Source: Paraspadella gotoi (taxonomy: Eukaryota > Animalia > Chaetognatha). From it: a stretch of 64,000 nucleotides of DNA. Positions 1-10,900 of this stretch are shown here, piece after piece. The position numbers and the translations under genes were made by a program. Location: the NCBI GenBank assembly GCA_051294375.1, contig CM119264.1, positions 14,105,323-14,169,322 of the forward strand. Direction: 5' to 3'. The notes under the pieces are model-generated. The model was not told the DNA's origin and ran no database searches. It saw only the letters and a program-made list of their open reading frames with translations. Position 1 is the first letter of the stretch. The number at the start of each line of letters is the position of its first letter.

Positions 1-238
1 TTATTGAAGAGACAATAATTATTGTAATGTGGTAATGACAGAACCGTTCAATATAAGCAGTCCCTGAGCTTCGGATCAGGCTGTAACACCATGTTACAGG
101 CGGGTTAAGCGCCCCGTCCCTCTTAACTGCGAGACGACCACCGGGCTAAAACCTCGGACCTTTGGGTTGGGAGGCGAAGGATTTGCCTCCGGCACCAATG
201 GCCGCTGATGAACAGTTGGTGGAGTTTAGTCCACCATA
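1..238 (-). mobile_element. tRNA-headed, twister-containing SINE/retrozyme-like element, family B copy 1 (antisense, in an SLC5 intron; may run off the window edge)
   Basis: Second copy at 37475-38330. On the minus strand: hairpin TGGTGGA..TCCACCA (217-236); tRNA-like head 205->134 (7-bp acceptor GCGGCCA/TGGTCGT, A-box-like TGGTGCCGGAGG, B-box-like GGTTTTAGCCC); twister motif 130->57; AT-rich tail. Confidence 0.75.
57..130 (-). ncRNA. Twister ribozyme-like motif, type-P5 permutation
   Basis: Minus strand parses as GCAGT(P5) TAA GAGG(P2') GACGG GGCGCT(P1) T^AA CCC(P2) GC CTGTAACA-TGG-TGTTACAG(P3) CCTGA TCCGAAGC TCAGG(P4/L4) G ACTGC(P5). L4 CCG pairs with CGG of GACGG, compensatory to canonical CCC/GAGGG. 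Predicted cut between 107 and 106. Confidence 0.75.
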
Positions 239-646
239 TTATATACATTATATTGGTTGTACCAATTTCATAATACTATTTTTTTCAAGCTTTACCAAAA
301 TCCGTTTTTTTCAAAATTCAGAATTTGAAAAAAAAAGTTATGATTTTAAATGTTAAATTTTAAATGCTTCTATGTTGTAAGTATATTAACTATATATCGT
401 AAGTATACATAGAATCCTAAAATTGTTTTAAAATTCGTTCTTTCAGGGATACTCTGTTATTTATGTTACAGAACTATTAGTTTTTACCTTGTTCCGCCTT
501 ACTGTACATTACTTTACCAAATTCTTTCATCTTTTTTACAGAGGATAAAACCAATTTAAAAAAAAAATGGGCAAAGTCTACTGTACATATATGTATATTG
601 TATAAGCGACACATAAGGTTTCATTCCCGTCATTTAATGTTCCAAG

Positions 647-3600
647 GCCGTGATGTGGACTGACGCCTTTCAAGTGAGCATTATGTTCCTCGGTATTTTC
701 GTCGTCGTCATTCTGGGCAGCGCGCGGTTCGTGGGAGGCTTTAATGGCGCCTGGGATGTGGCCGCGCGTCGCGGTCGAATCGAGTTTGATAATTTTTCCC
801 CAACGCTCTTTGAACGACACACTGTTTGGGGCACGATCGTTGGGGGAACGTTCACCTGGCTGGCCATCTATGCAGTCAATCAGGCACAGGTTAATAGTCA
901 CAATGCAACTACTCTATGTGCGTACAAGCTATTATGTGGAAAATATCTTCTTTAAAAAAATGTTAGAAAAATCTTCACTCATCCAGTCGCAACTTTAATC
1001 TTTAATCTTTAACTTTGTTTTGTCTTTAGACTTAGCTTTTTTTTGATGCTCCTGTATGTACTGAATCAACCTTGTTGAATTCGAAATAAAACGCATAATT
1101 ATAATGATCATAATCTTTTTCCAAATATAGAGAAAAAAAATTATTCAAATTGATATTGCGTAATAACAAATTAATCATAATGATAATATTGATAATTAAT
1201 ACTAGTAAAACACAATAAAATCTCAATATTTTGTTAAAATCTCTTCAGGTCCAACGGTGTCTGACCTGCCCTTCCCTCCGCCACGCCCGTCTCGCCCTGG
1301 CATTCAACGCCCCCGGTCTCTTCCTCTTCGTCATTCTTTCCTCCTGCGTGGGCGTTCTCGTTTTCGCCCGATACGCCGATTGCGATCCACTAACGGCGGG
1401 CGTGCTCGACGCCAAGGATCAGTTGCTGCCGCTATTCGTCATGGAAACTCTGTCCGCGGGCCACCCCGGTCTTGCTGGCTTGTTCGTTTCCTGCGTCTTT
1501 TGCGGCTCCCTCTCCACCATTTCGTCGGGTCTAAATTCTTTGGCGGCGGTGGTGTTGCAGGTTGGTTCCATGAAGAAAACGAGAAAAAGAAAACGAGTTT
1601 GAGCAAACAATGTCGGATCTGCCTACGATAATAAAGCGGTAATCGGTTAATCAGATTATAAATCACGATAATTCTTTCAATTTGTGATCCTAACTGATCA
1701 GAACAGATCGTACCATACCAAACCAATAGCTGCGCCGATATATAATTTGCATAACAATGCATAATTTTTTCAACTGGCATAATTTTTTTAATTTTCATTA
1801 TTTTTTTTAACTTGCATCATTTTTTCAACTTGCATAATTTTTTTTAACTTACATATTTTTTAAACTTGCATCATTTTTTAACTTGTATCATTTTTTCAAG
1901 TTGCATCATTTTTTCACTTTAATTTAATAACATTTATTAGTAGGCATAAATAATAAAAATTGAAGTCAACTTGACCTTGGTTTTTTTTATGCAAACTCAT
2001 TTCCACTCCTCGATTCCATTGAAACTTTATAACCTGCTCAATGCTCAATCACATACTACCCACACACAAAATTTTATTTAATTCTATCCATCTAATTATG
2101 AATAATTCGATTAATTAGGGGTTAAAATTAGTAAAAAGATTCAAGTAAATGTGACTTATGTTTTTTTGTTGTTTTTTTTTCATTTAAACTCATTTCCACT
2201 TGCACAATTCCATCGAAACTTTATATCCAGCTTCGTCACACACTTTCCTTACCACATACAAAATTTCATTTTAATCCATCCATCCAATCACGAGTAATTG
2301 GAGATTTTTGCTAAGGGGGGATGGACGGATGGACATAATTTTTTTGCATATATCATAATTCGATGTTCTGACATAATTTAAGTAAATGCCCGACCATATT
2401 GAGGGGACGGACCAAAAAGTGGATTATAGAGTCGGAATCTGCTGATAAGCAGATCCGACTAAAAACCCTTAGCCAATAGCATATTTATATTGATATATTT
2501 CAAAGGACATTGTACGTGTATACATCTGCAATGATCTTTCCGATTCGGCGGCTACTCTAATCTCCAAATGTCTTGTTCTTGGATTCGGCGTTACTTGCAT
2601 TGCCTTGACATGGGTGGCATCGCAAATGGGCGGCGTCCTTTCAGCAGCACTAAGCCTTTTCGGAGCGGTGAGTGCACATAGACATAACACAACTTATTTT
2701 TATCTATTGACTTTAACGAGATTTTTTTACAGATAGCCTGCTTTTTTTTCTCATGAGCTTTTTGCGCTACTCATACATTATACTGTATATTATAAGATTA
2801 GAAAATTTTATATCCATGATTCGCTAATATTGAATGAAAAATTATTTTATTTATTCCGTTTACATTTATTGCATTACTAAATCTAATATATTCTTTTTGT
2901 ATCAATACGTTGTTATGAAATTGGTACAACCAATATAAAATTACCCATTCATTTATTTAAGAGAAGCTTTCTTAGTTTGTAGTTGTTGCTTTTTTCATTT
3001 TTACAGGTTGGTGGACCACTCCTGGGCCTCTTTACTCTTGGAATTTTTATCCCTTTTGCCAATGCTACCGGGGCCATTGTCGGTTAGTATTTTAGTGATT
3101 TTATAAACTTACGTATTAAAAATTAAGATTTAAAATGAATATTTTATAATTGTTAAAGCGTTAACATTTAAATCAACTATTGTTACAATTGCAGATTTTA
3201 AATTTTTTTAAAATTTGAAAAGTACTTACTTAAGTATCTGAGCTTCCTTCCCCCCAATGCTTTTAATATTCTCCCCTCTTTTTCCAACCCCGTGTCCAGG
3301 CACCGTCTCCGCCCTTTCTCTCTCCACTTTGATGGTGATCGGGTCCCAGATGTTCCCTCCTCCTGTGACGACCCATTGCTGGTCGACCACCAAATGCTTC
3401 CTCTTCCAGGATTCCTTTGCCTTGAATCTGTCGTCAGTTCCGTGGGTTGAGTGCGATCAGGTCACCTTCCCAATTACCGGCGAGGGATACAAGGGACTCT
3501 CTCTCTACAGGATCTCTTACATTTGGTACGAGTGGAAACTGGTTGGAGACGGTCTGGGCATGGGCACATTGTGCAGTGTGTAAAAATCTAATGAGACTGT

Positions 3601-3960
3601 AAAAACGGTGTAGAAACTTGGTCATAGCCATTATGAATATTTCCAAGTTGGCGTCAACGTTCAATTAACCTACCCCCCCCCAGGTACAGCATCATATCCG
3701 TGATCATCGTCGTCATCGTCGGCGTCATCGTCACGATTCTCAACGGTCGACGCCATTGGGCGAAACCTTCACCGGAATTGGTCTCGCCGCTGCTGTACCG
3801 TTTCGTCAAGGGCAACGAAGTCGAAAATGTAAAATCCTCCGACTTTGGGTCCGCAGAGGGTCGTAATCCGACGTGCTCCGTTGAAGGGTCGGCCGAAAGG
3901 GGCGCCCAAAGCGGATATGGGGCCAACGTAGAGACGGGCGTCTCCTCCTCTGCTGTTTAG
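647..3960 (+). CDS. SLC5 family Na+/solute symporter (SMCT/SMVT-like), 3' exons only: 647-889, 1249-1560, 2506-2667, 3007-3082, 3300-3525, 3684-3960
   Basis: All six exons have GT-AG boundaries and join in phase. Family motifs: AVMWTDAFQ, AVNQAQVQRCL, KDQLLPLFVME, GLFVSCVFCGSLSTISSGLNSLAAV, VGGPLLGLFTLG, YRISYIWYS. Stop TAG at 3958-3960; 5' exons lie upstream of the window. Confidence 0.93.
1596..2465 (-). mobile_element. Helentron-associated non-autonomous element (DINE-1/HINE-like) in an SLC5 intron
   Basis: Sub-terminal inverted repeats GTCGGATCTGC (1612-1622) and GCAGATCCGAC (2449-2459). Extra inverted copy at 2430-2443 forms a hairpin; GGACGGATGGAC micro-repeat; internal tandem repeats (~1760-1915); terminal stem-loop GTTTGAGCAAAC. 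Related copy at 25948-26371. Confidence 0.65.
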
Positions 3961-5465
3961 AGCGACTTCCCTCTTTTTACTTTACTTGTTATAGCAACTT
4001 TTCTTGTTATGGCTTACATTTTGCTTTATTATTTCTAACGTTTTGAACGAAACGTTTGGTTCATCTTTTATTTTTACATTGTCCTTCGGGGTGCTGTACG
4101 TACTACGCTCGTTTCTCTACGAACACTTAAGTGTTTTTGCAGTTTGAATGGCGACCTGGTGCGTCGGGACGAAACCTATTATGATGTTATAATCACATTT
4201 TTTCTGTATTATAGATTTTTTTTTAGGTCGGTATATTTGACTGTAGGTACTATTGGTTTTTATAAATGAATGTTTTATGGCAATTGTGTAATTTAACTTT
4301 TTATCTCGCCAGACAGTCAAATGCCCGACTTGGGCGAGATGTTAATTCGTTTCTGTTTTTTTTAACTGTAGTTATTGTCGTCACGCTGTTATAACATTGA
4401 AAATAGCTCAAGTGTGTAACCATAAGAAGCTAAAAATTTAGATATAGCTTTTAATCAGCAAGATCTTTTAGATTCATATGTTTCATATTCTTCCACTCAT
4501 TTTTTTTTTGTTTTATTTACAAAACAATTTTTATATATATAGACGGGTTCAGCTGTCCAGCTCTTTTAAATATATGTCGTTCTCTTTTTTTTTCCCTTCG
4601 CTGCTTCTTCTGATTTGTTTAAAAACGAGTATAAGCTTTGCAGCGGCAGCAATGATTATTATCGGATCAATGAATAATTATCATCGCATTAATCATTTGG
4701 TTATTATCGCATTAATCCTTTGGTTATCATCGCATCATTAATCAATTACATCAATCTATTACTATTATATCAATAAATCTATTATTATTATTTCAATCAA
4801 TTATTCTTACATCAATAATTTGTTATCGTATCAATCATTCGTGTGTTTTTTTTTCAGATTTTTTTATTAATTTTCTTTGATAGTAACGTCTGGCGAGGTT
4901 ACTATACTTTTAAGATTTTTTTCATTGCGTAATGAATCATGTGTTCTCGATTTTATTTTATACTATTGGCCTTGAATAAATTTACATTTTTTCTATAAGA
5001 AATTCCATGTTTATAATTTTTTCGTTAAGAGAGGAAAGGATGATGCTTGTCGACAGATTTTATATGCAGGAGACAAATTTTAATGACCATCCCATTGACC
5101 AGCCCTAATCTGCCACTGAGTCTCAACTGACGTCCCATAAAGGGGGAGGGGGCCAGCTCACTTTGAGCTTCTTTCTTTATCTTTCTCTTTTCACAGAAAA
5201 CTATAATTTATTTCAATTATTGTTGTTACAAAATTTTACTTTTTACTTTTCATTTTAGTTAACAATGCATTTACTATTAGTACATTATTCCAATTTAAAG
5301 TTTAATTTATTACCTCTGAATTATTTCTCCTCTGACCTTTCATTTTCTTTTCCCTCCTGTATCTCTCAATCTGAGCTAAAACTTCAAGTGTCCTCACCTT
5401 CTAATTGTTACTTTCCCTCTCCCTCCCTCCCTCCTTTTAATTTACCAAAATTCAAATTATAATAA

Positions 5466-5507
5466 TGCACTGATGAAGAACAGAACAATGTTCGAAACAT
5501 GTCTGCA
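5466..5507 (+). ncRNA. Minimal type I hammerhead ribozyme (Penelope-like element type)
   Basis: TGCA-CTGATGA-A-GAAC(agaacaat)GTTC-GAAA-CATGTC^-TGCA. Intact core, 4-bp stems I and II, palindromic ACATGT in place of helix III, AATAAA shortly downstream. Predicted cut after 5503. Confidence 0.8.
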
Positions 5508-7336
5508 AATTAATTAATAAATTCGTTGTGAAAATCTAAATTTTAACTTTCTAAATCTTTTTTCAACGAAATGAAAGGAAAACCAACATGCTTGACGGAA
5601 TAAAAATTAATGCAAAAGGAGAAAATCCATGGTTTTTACCGACTTCTCATCTTTCCAAGGTGTCAGCGAACTTAACCTCAACAAAAAAAATTTTAATCCG
5701 AATCGAGCGAAAGGAAGGGCGCTTGATGTTGTCGGTGGTCAATGAAACGCGGTATATTTGGAGAAGCGTCTCTCTGTATATTTACCAAAATAAGATTTCT
5801 TTTAGAAAATGACAGAACATATTCAGGACATTACAGATATCGTAAAGTTAGTAAGGGAGAAGCTTTTCCGGTCGCGCTTTTGAGGCTGTCACAAAACCCA
5901 AAAAACGAGGTCGAGTTTTAATTCTAGTTTCCACTTTTCCATCTACGGTAAATCGTCATTGAGTCGAACCTTTTTCACATCACCCTCCCTCGGTTCGCCT
6001 GCGCATCGTTAAAACAAGACGTCGCTTCCCCAGATATGAATTCTATCCAAAGATGACTGTATCCTTCAATTTTCCAGGAATTCCACCATATTTAATTTGT
6101 TATCGCATCAATGATTCGTTATCATTGCATCATTTGCTTTCTCTCTGTTCATTTAAGTCACTGCGTTTCCTAGTTGTTCGTCCACACCTGCATCTTTTCT
6201 TTTGGATAAATTGACGGCGATTGACCTGAAATTTGGTATACATGGGTTGAGAAGCATGTGATTGAAATAGAAATAAAGTTTCAATAGAATCGTCTGTAAG
6301 TAAGCCAACGAACTAAACTTTTTAAAATTTATTGGGTCAAAAACTAAAATGAAATCATAGCCGCTCACCACTGATGTCACTGATGCCCTCCAACAAGATG
6401 ATCTAAAGCTTTCAGCGACTGCGATTTGTTAAAAATTAATTTTAGCGCTCGCTCTCTCTCTCCCCCTCAGTTACACACACACCCTCGGTTAATTGGGAAA
6501 GTTTTCGCCATTATGATTCAGCAGTCATGAAAGACTCAATGTTAAAATATGATTTGTCTGGAATTAAAACAAAAATAAAAAAAAAAGTCAATCCTGGTTT
6601 GAGCGGGAAATAAATTACTTTTCACGAAGCCAAGGGGGGGACCACCCGAGCGAGACAATAACAGGATGCAGAAAACCACGAGCATAACAACAACAACAAT
6701 GGACAACGACGAGGAGGCGGTTTTCACCAGACCAGGTTTTTTAATTAGGCTCATGAATCAAGCGACAAAGAACGTAGAAAAAGAAGAGGGTGAGAGGGCG
6801 AATGGTGGGGTAGGGGTGGTTGTGAGAAATCATAGAAAAGTAAGGGAATTAGGGGTTGAAATAGGGTGGGAGAGTGAGGACTGAGAAGGAAAGTGGAGAA
6901 AAAACGAAAAGCTAATCGTTGATAGAACAAGGATAAAAAAGTGTCAAGGGAAAAGAATACAAAAGGGTGTTTACAGAAGGTGAGGCGTCAAGGAAGGGAT
7001 ATTTAGTGAAGACGAAATAATAATAATAACATATTAATGGTTTACAAAAACAATAAATGGTTTTACATCGTTGTAAATTGACGAAATGTTATTATTTCGT
7101 CCCTAAATCGAACACAACGAATTGAAAGAAATAATGCAATTATTGCAGCAATATCATAAACATCTATAACTCTCCCGAAAATGAAATCTTTGCTTTTTAA
7201 CTCACCCTGGCGAAAAGAAACTTTTGCCCGAAGATATTTTCAACGTAAAATCTCCCTATATAACATCTTTTCTGAGACAGATGGCACTAAATGTCTGTTT
7301 GCTACGAATATTTGCGGAATCCATTCCTATCGAAAT

Positions 7337-7368
<32 letters not shown>

Positions 7369-7442
7369 AAATTATTCTCTGTCGAAGGATCCCAGACAAC
7401 TCGTGTCACCGATGCCGCTTCCGATATGTACCACCCCAGAGA

Positions 7443-7539
<97 letters not shown>

Positions 7540-7928
7540 GTCCAGTTTTGCTCCCTGGTCCTCGACAGACTAACTCGATCTAATCAAATGAAAAATAAAA
7601 AATAAACTTTGATCTTTTGTCTTCAGAAGAACGACGTGGCTTGTTGGATTCGATACGCACGCCCCTTTTTCTTTTTTTGATCTGAAATTTTCCCTTAAGT
7701 AAATTTTTATTTGGCCTTACCTTAAAATTATTAACATTTGTGCCAGAAGTCATTTTGTTATATTGATATTGTTCTTTTAATTATTTCGCAGAAAATTGTC
7801 GTTTATACCGGATGATTATATTAGAAATAGAAAACTCGAATATGAAACCTGACAATGGATACGCAGCGGAAAACTAACTTAAATTGACTAAAATCTTTCT
7901 ACACCTCATCAGTAGTATTTTCAACAAA

Positions 7929-10900
7929 ATGGCGACCGGAACTGATTTTACGGGCGCGTTTTCAGAAACAGAGACGTCAGATGGAACGAAGTTGAGAGAA
8001 GATACGAAAGAAGCGAAATCAATAGTAATTCCCGATGGAGCAAAGTCTTCTGACGGCGCCGTTTGCGTTGAGACCGTTGCAACTGAACTTGCTGCTGATT
8101 CTTCCGCCAACGTGTTCGATGAAGGCTGCATGCGACAAGTCAGGATTCTCCTCGCCGGATCTCGCTCCAACGAGATGGCGCAAGACTACGTTCAAGTCAA
8201 GATTGAAGACAAACGGAAGAAACAATGGAGCAACGAACTGTGGAAGTCGTGGGTCGAAGATCATCACGATTTCCTGAGTAAATACCAGTATTACGACAAG
8301 CAAGAGAAAACTGAGCAGGATGGTGTCATGGTTCCAGTTTATAAAAAAATTGACATAACTTTTTTTCAATATATGATGAAAAAAATCGTTAGTGATAAAA
8401 CGGCCTTTACAAAGTTATCAGATTTCCGAAATAGCTTGGCACACAGCACCAGAACAGCAGCGACAGAAGAAGAATTCGTAGAAGATTTCGACAAGCTTTT
8501 TGGTATCGTTGAAAGCTTGTTTTGCAAGCATAGAAAATATGCCATTAAATGGCGAGAAGAACTGATTAAAATAAAAACCGAAACTTCACCAAAAGGTATA
8601 GAATCGGTTTTTAAAAAAGATATTGAAACTATTCGAGAACAAAATAGGCAATCGCTGCTCGACATTCAAAAACGAATAAGAAATCTTGAGTTGAGTGACG
8701 GCCGTAAAAAAAATTTCGAAATTGATATGGAAAACTTTCAAAAAGTATTTAAAGATATAGTTAAGAAAAATATTGCGACTTTTAGCATTCCTGGATGTCA
8801 AATAAAACTAGAATTTACAAAAGTTTCGATTTTTCAATCGTTAAAGGATGTAACTTCGGTCCCAGAAAATAGAGTTTGTGCAGTGCCAGCCTATAAAGGT
8901 GTAGTATTTAATTTGTTTTTTGAAAATCCAAATCGTGTTCAAAAAACACGCGATAAGGAAGCAGAAAACCCGACGAGGAAATCTAAGTCCTTTCAATTTT
9001 CATATCCTGACTTATACGACACAGTGGCCAAAGAAATTGAGTTTTCTGCTTCTGTACTTAAGGATGAAAACGAATTGGAATATTCAGGTCTTCATCATGA
9101 CAATATAGTTTCCATAATTGCAAGTTACCTCAAAGGTCAAAGAAAAGATCAGATACTTATATCTGCTGCTGGGGGTATGGGAAAAACTGTTTGTTCCCAA
9201 AAAATTATGCTCGAATGGGCTGAAAACAAATGCTTAAAAGAATTTTGGGCTGTCATTAGAATAGATATGAAATGTATAAATTTTGAAGAAAGTCTATTTC
9301 AAAACATGGTTAGGCAATATCCAGGAATAAAATCTTCTATTTCAGATGAAGATATAAACACTTTAGAAACTGATTTTAACCAGAAAAAGGTATTGTGGAT
9401 GATAGACGGCCTTGATGAAAATAAATACAGACATAAGTCAGAGGAATTCATCAAAAACAGTCTTACCTCTCATGCCAAGAGCCTTTTCATTTTTCTCACG
9501 AGACCCGAAGGCAAAGATGTTCTTGAAGCAAGTCAAGAAAGTTTTACGGAATTTACAATTCTCCCTTTGAATGAGGAGAAGTTTATCACTCTTGTTGGAC
9601 GGTTTCCTTTTAAAGGTGAAAAAGCCAAAAAAATGAACAAGATTATAGATAAATATAGAACGAACAGTGAGTTTAGATCTTGTGTATCGGTGCCAATGAA
9701 TGCTGTTGCCTATTGCGCCTTGATGGACGAGGAAGAGGCATTTTCAACGAAAGATAAAAGCTTCGATATTTTGTTATCGCTTGTGGGAATGTCTCTTAAG
9801 TCCGGAGAATTGAAGTCAATTGAAACAAAGTTGCAGGACTCTGCTTTATTAGAAAATGAAAAAGAAAAGTTGAAATGTCAAAAGACGAAAGTTTTTCGGA
9901 TGTCAACGACACAGATATTGAAAAGTAATAACAACCTGCTATGTACTCTCGGACGAGCAGTCTTTATAACAAATGGTAATTGCCTCGCTGGATTCGATGA
10001 TATTAAAGAAGAACTGATTTGTTCGCTTGTGCGGCAGACGCCGGAAATTGACGTAAATCAAGTCTTGCAACTCACTCTATATGAGCACATACTTCACGAA
10101 AAAGCGTCCGGAACACAATCGCATTTTAGATTTTATCACCGCAATATTCGTGAACTAATATTGGGAATTTACTTGAGTCAAAATTCTAATATTTTAGAAG
10201 CTCCATCTCACAAAGAGAGAATATCCGATTCAGTTGTTTCAGTGTTTCGTTGCTGCTTAACTGTTTTACAGCAAAACTCCTTGAAAGAAAATATTGATTT
10301 TAGCATTGTTCCGACGTTGATTGGAAACATCGTTCAAAATTGCTCCGATTTTGATGAGTGGCGATTTATGAATATTGTTTGTGAACTATTAAAACTCGCG
10401 GTTATATATGAATCTTTTCTGCCTAGTTTTGAGGAATGCTTCAAGTTGCTTCAAGACACAGCGTTTAATCTATCGTCTTTTCCTCATTTCAGTGACATAC
10501 CCTTCATTCAACAACTCCGGCATCATGCGGCAATAGCAATTTGCGGAAAATGCAAACCGCCGAAAGCTTATTTTGCGTCATTGGACAATAGAAATCCAGA
10601 GACAAATATAGAAGATTTGGAAACCTGGCCGGACCTGAAGAGTTTTATAGTGAATCCTTTGTTGATCTACACCGATAAAAAAATTACTCTAAGCTTTCCT
10701 TCCTCTTCCAAATCTTTGTCAAAAGACGACGAGTCATCTCAACATTTAAAAAAGAATTCAGAAGTGATTTGCGTAACACGTCCGCCGACGATCGACAGTG
10801 ACGTGCTGTCAGCCACAGACATTCCGTCTCCATTTGTTGATTTTGATAAAAAGTCCGCCAATTGGCCCGGTGCCATAGGTCACCTAGTTTTCATCCTTCT

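Noticed and set aside
205-236. CTGATGA as a hammerhead core (also 38298)
   Set aside because: No stem II closed by GAAA follows; it is the antisense flank of the family B tRNA-like head.
7884-7928. TTG-initiated N-terminal extension of the NACHT ORF
   Set aside because: Eukaryotic context; the first ATG at 7929 has a good Kozak-like context, although an upstream coding exon cannot be excluded.
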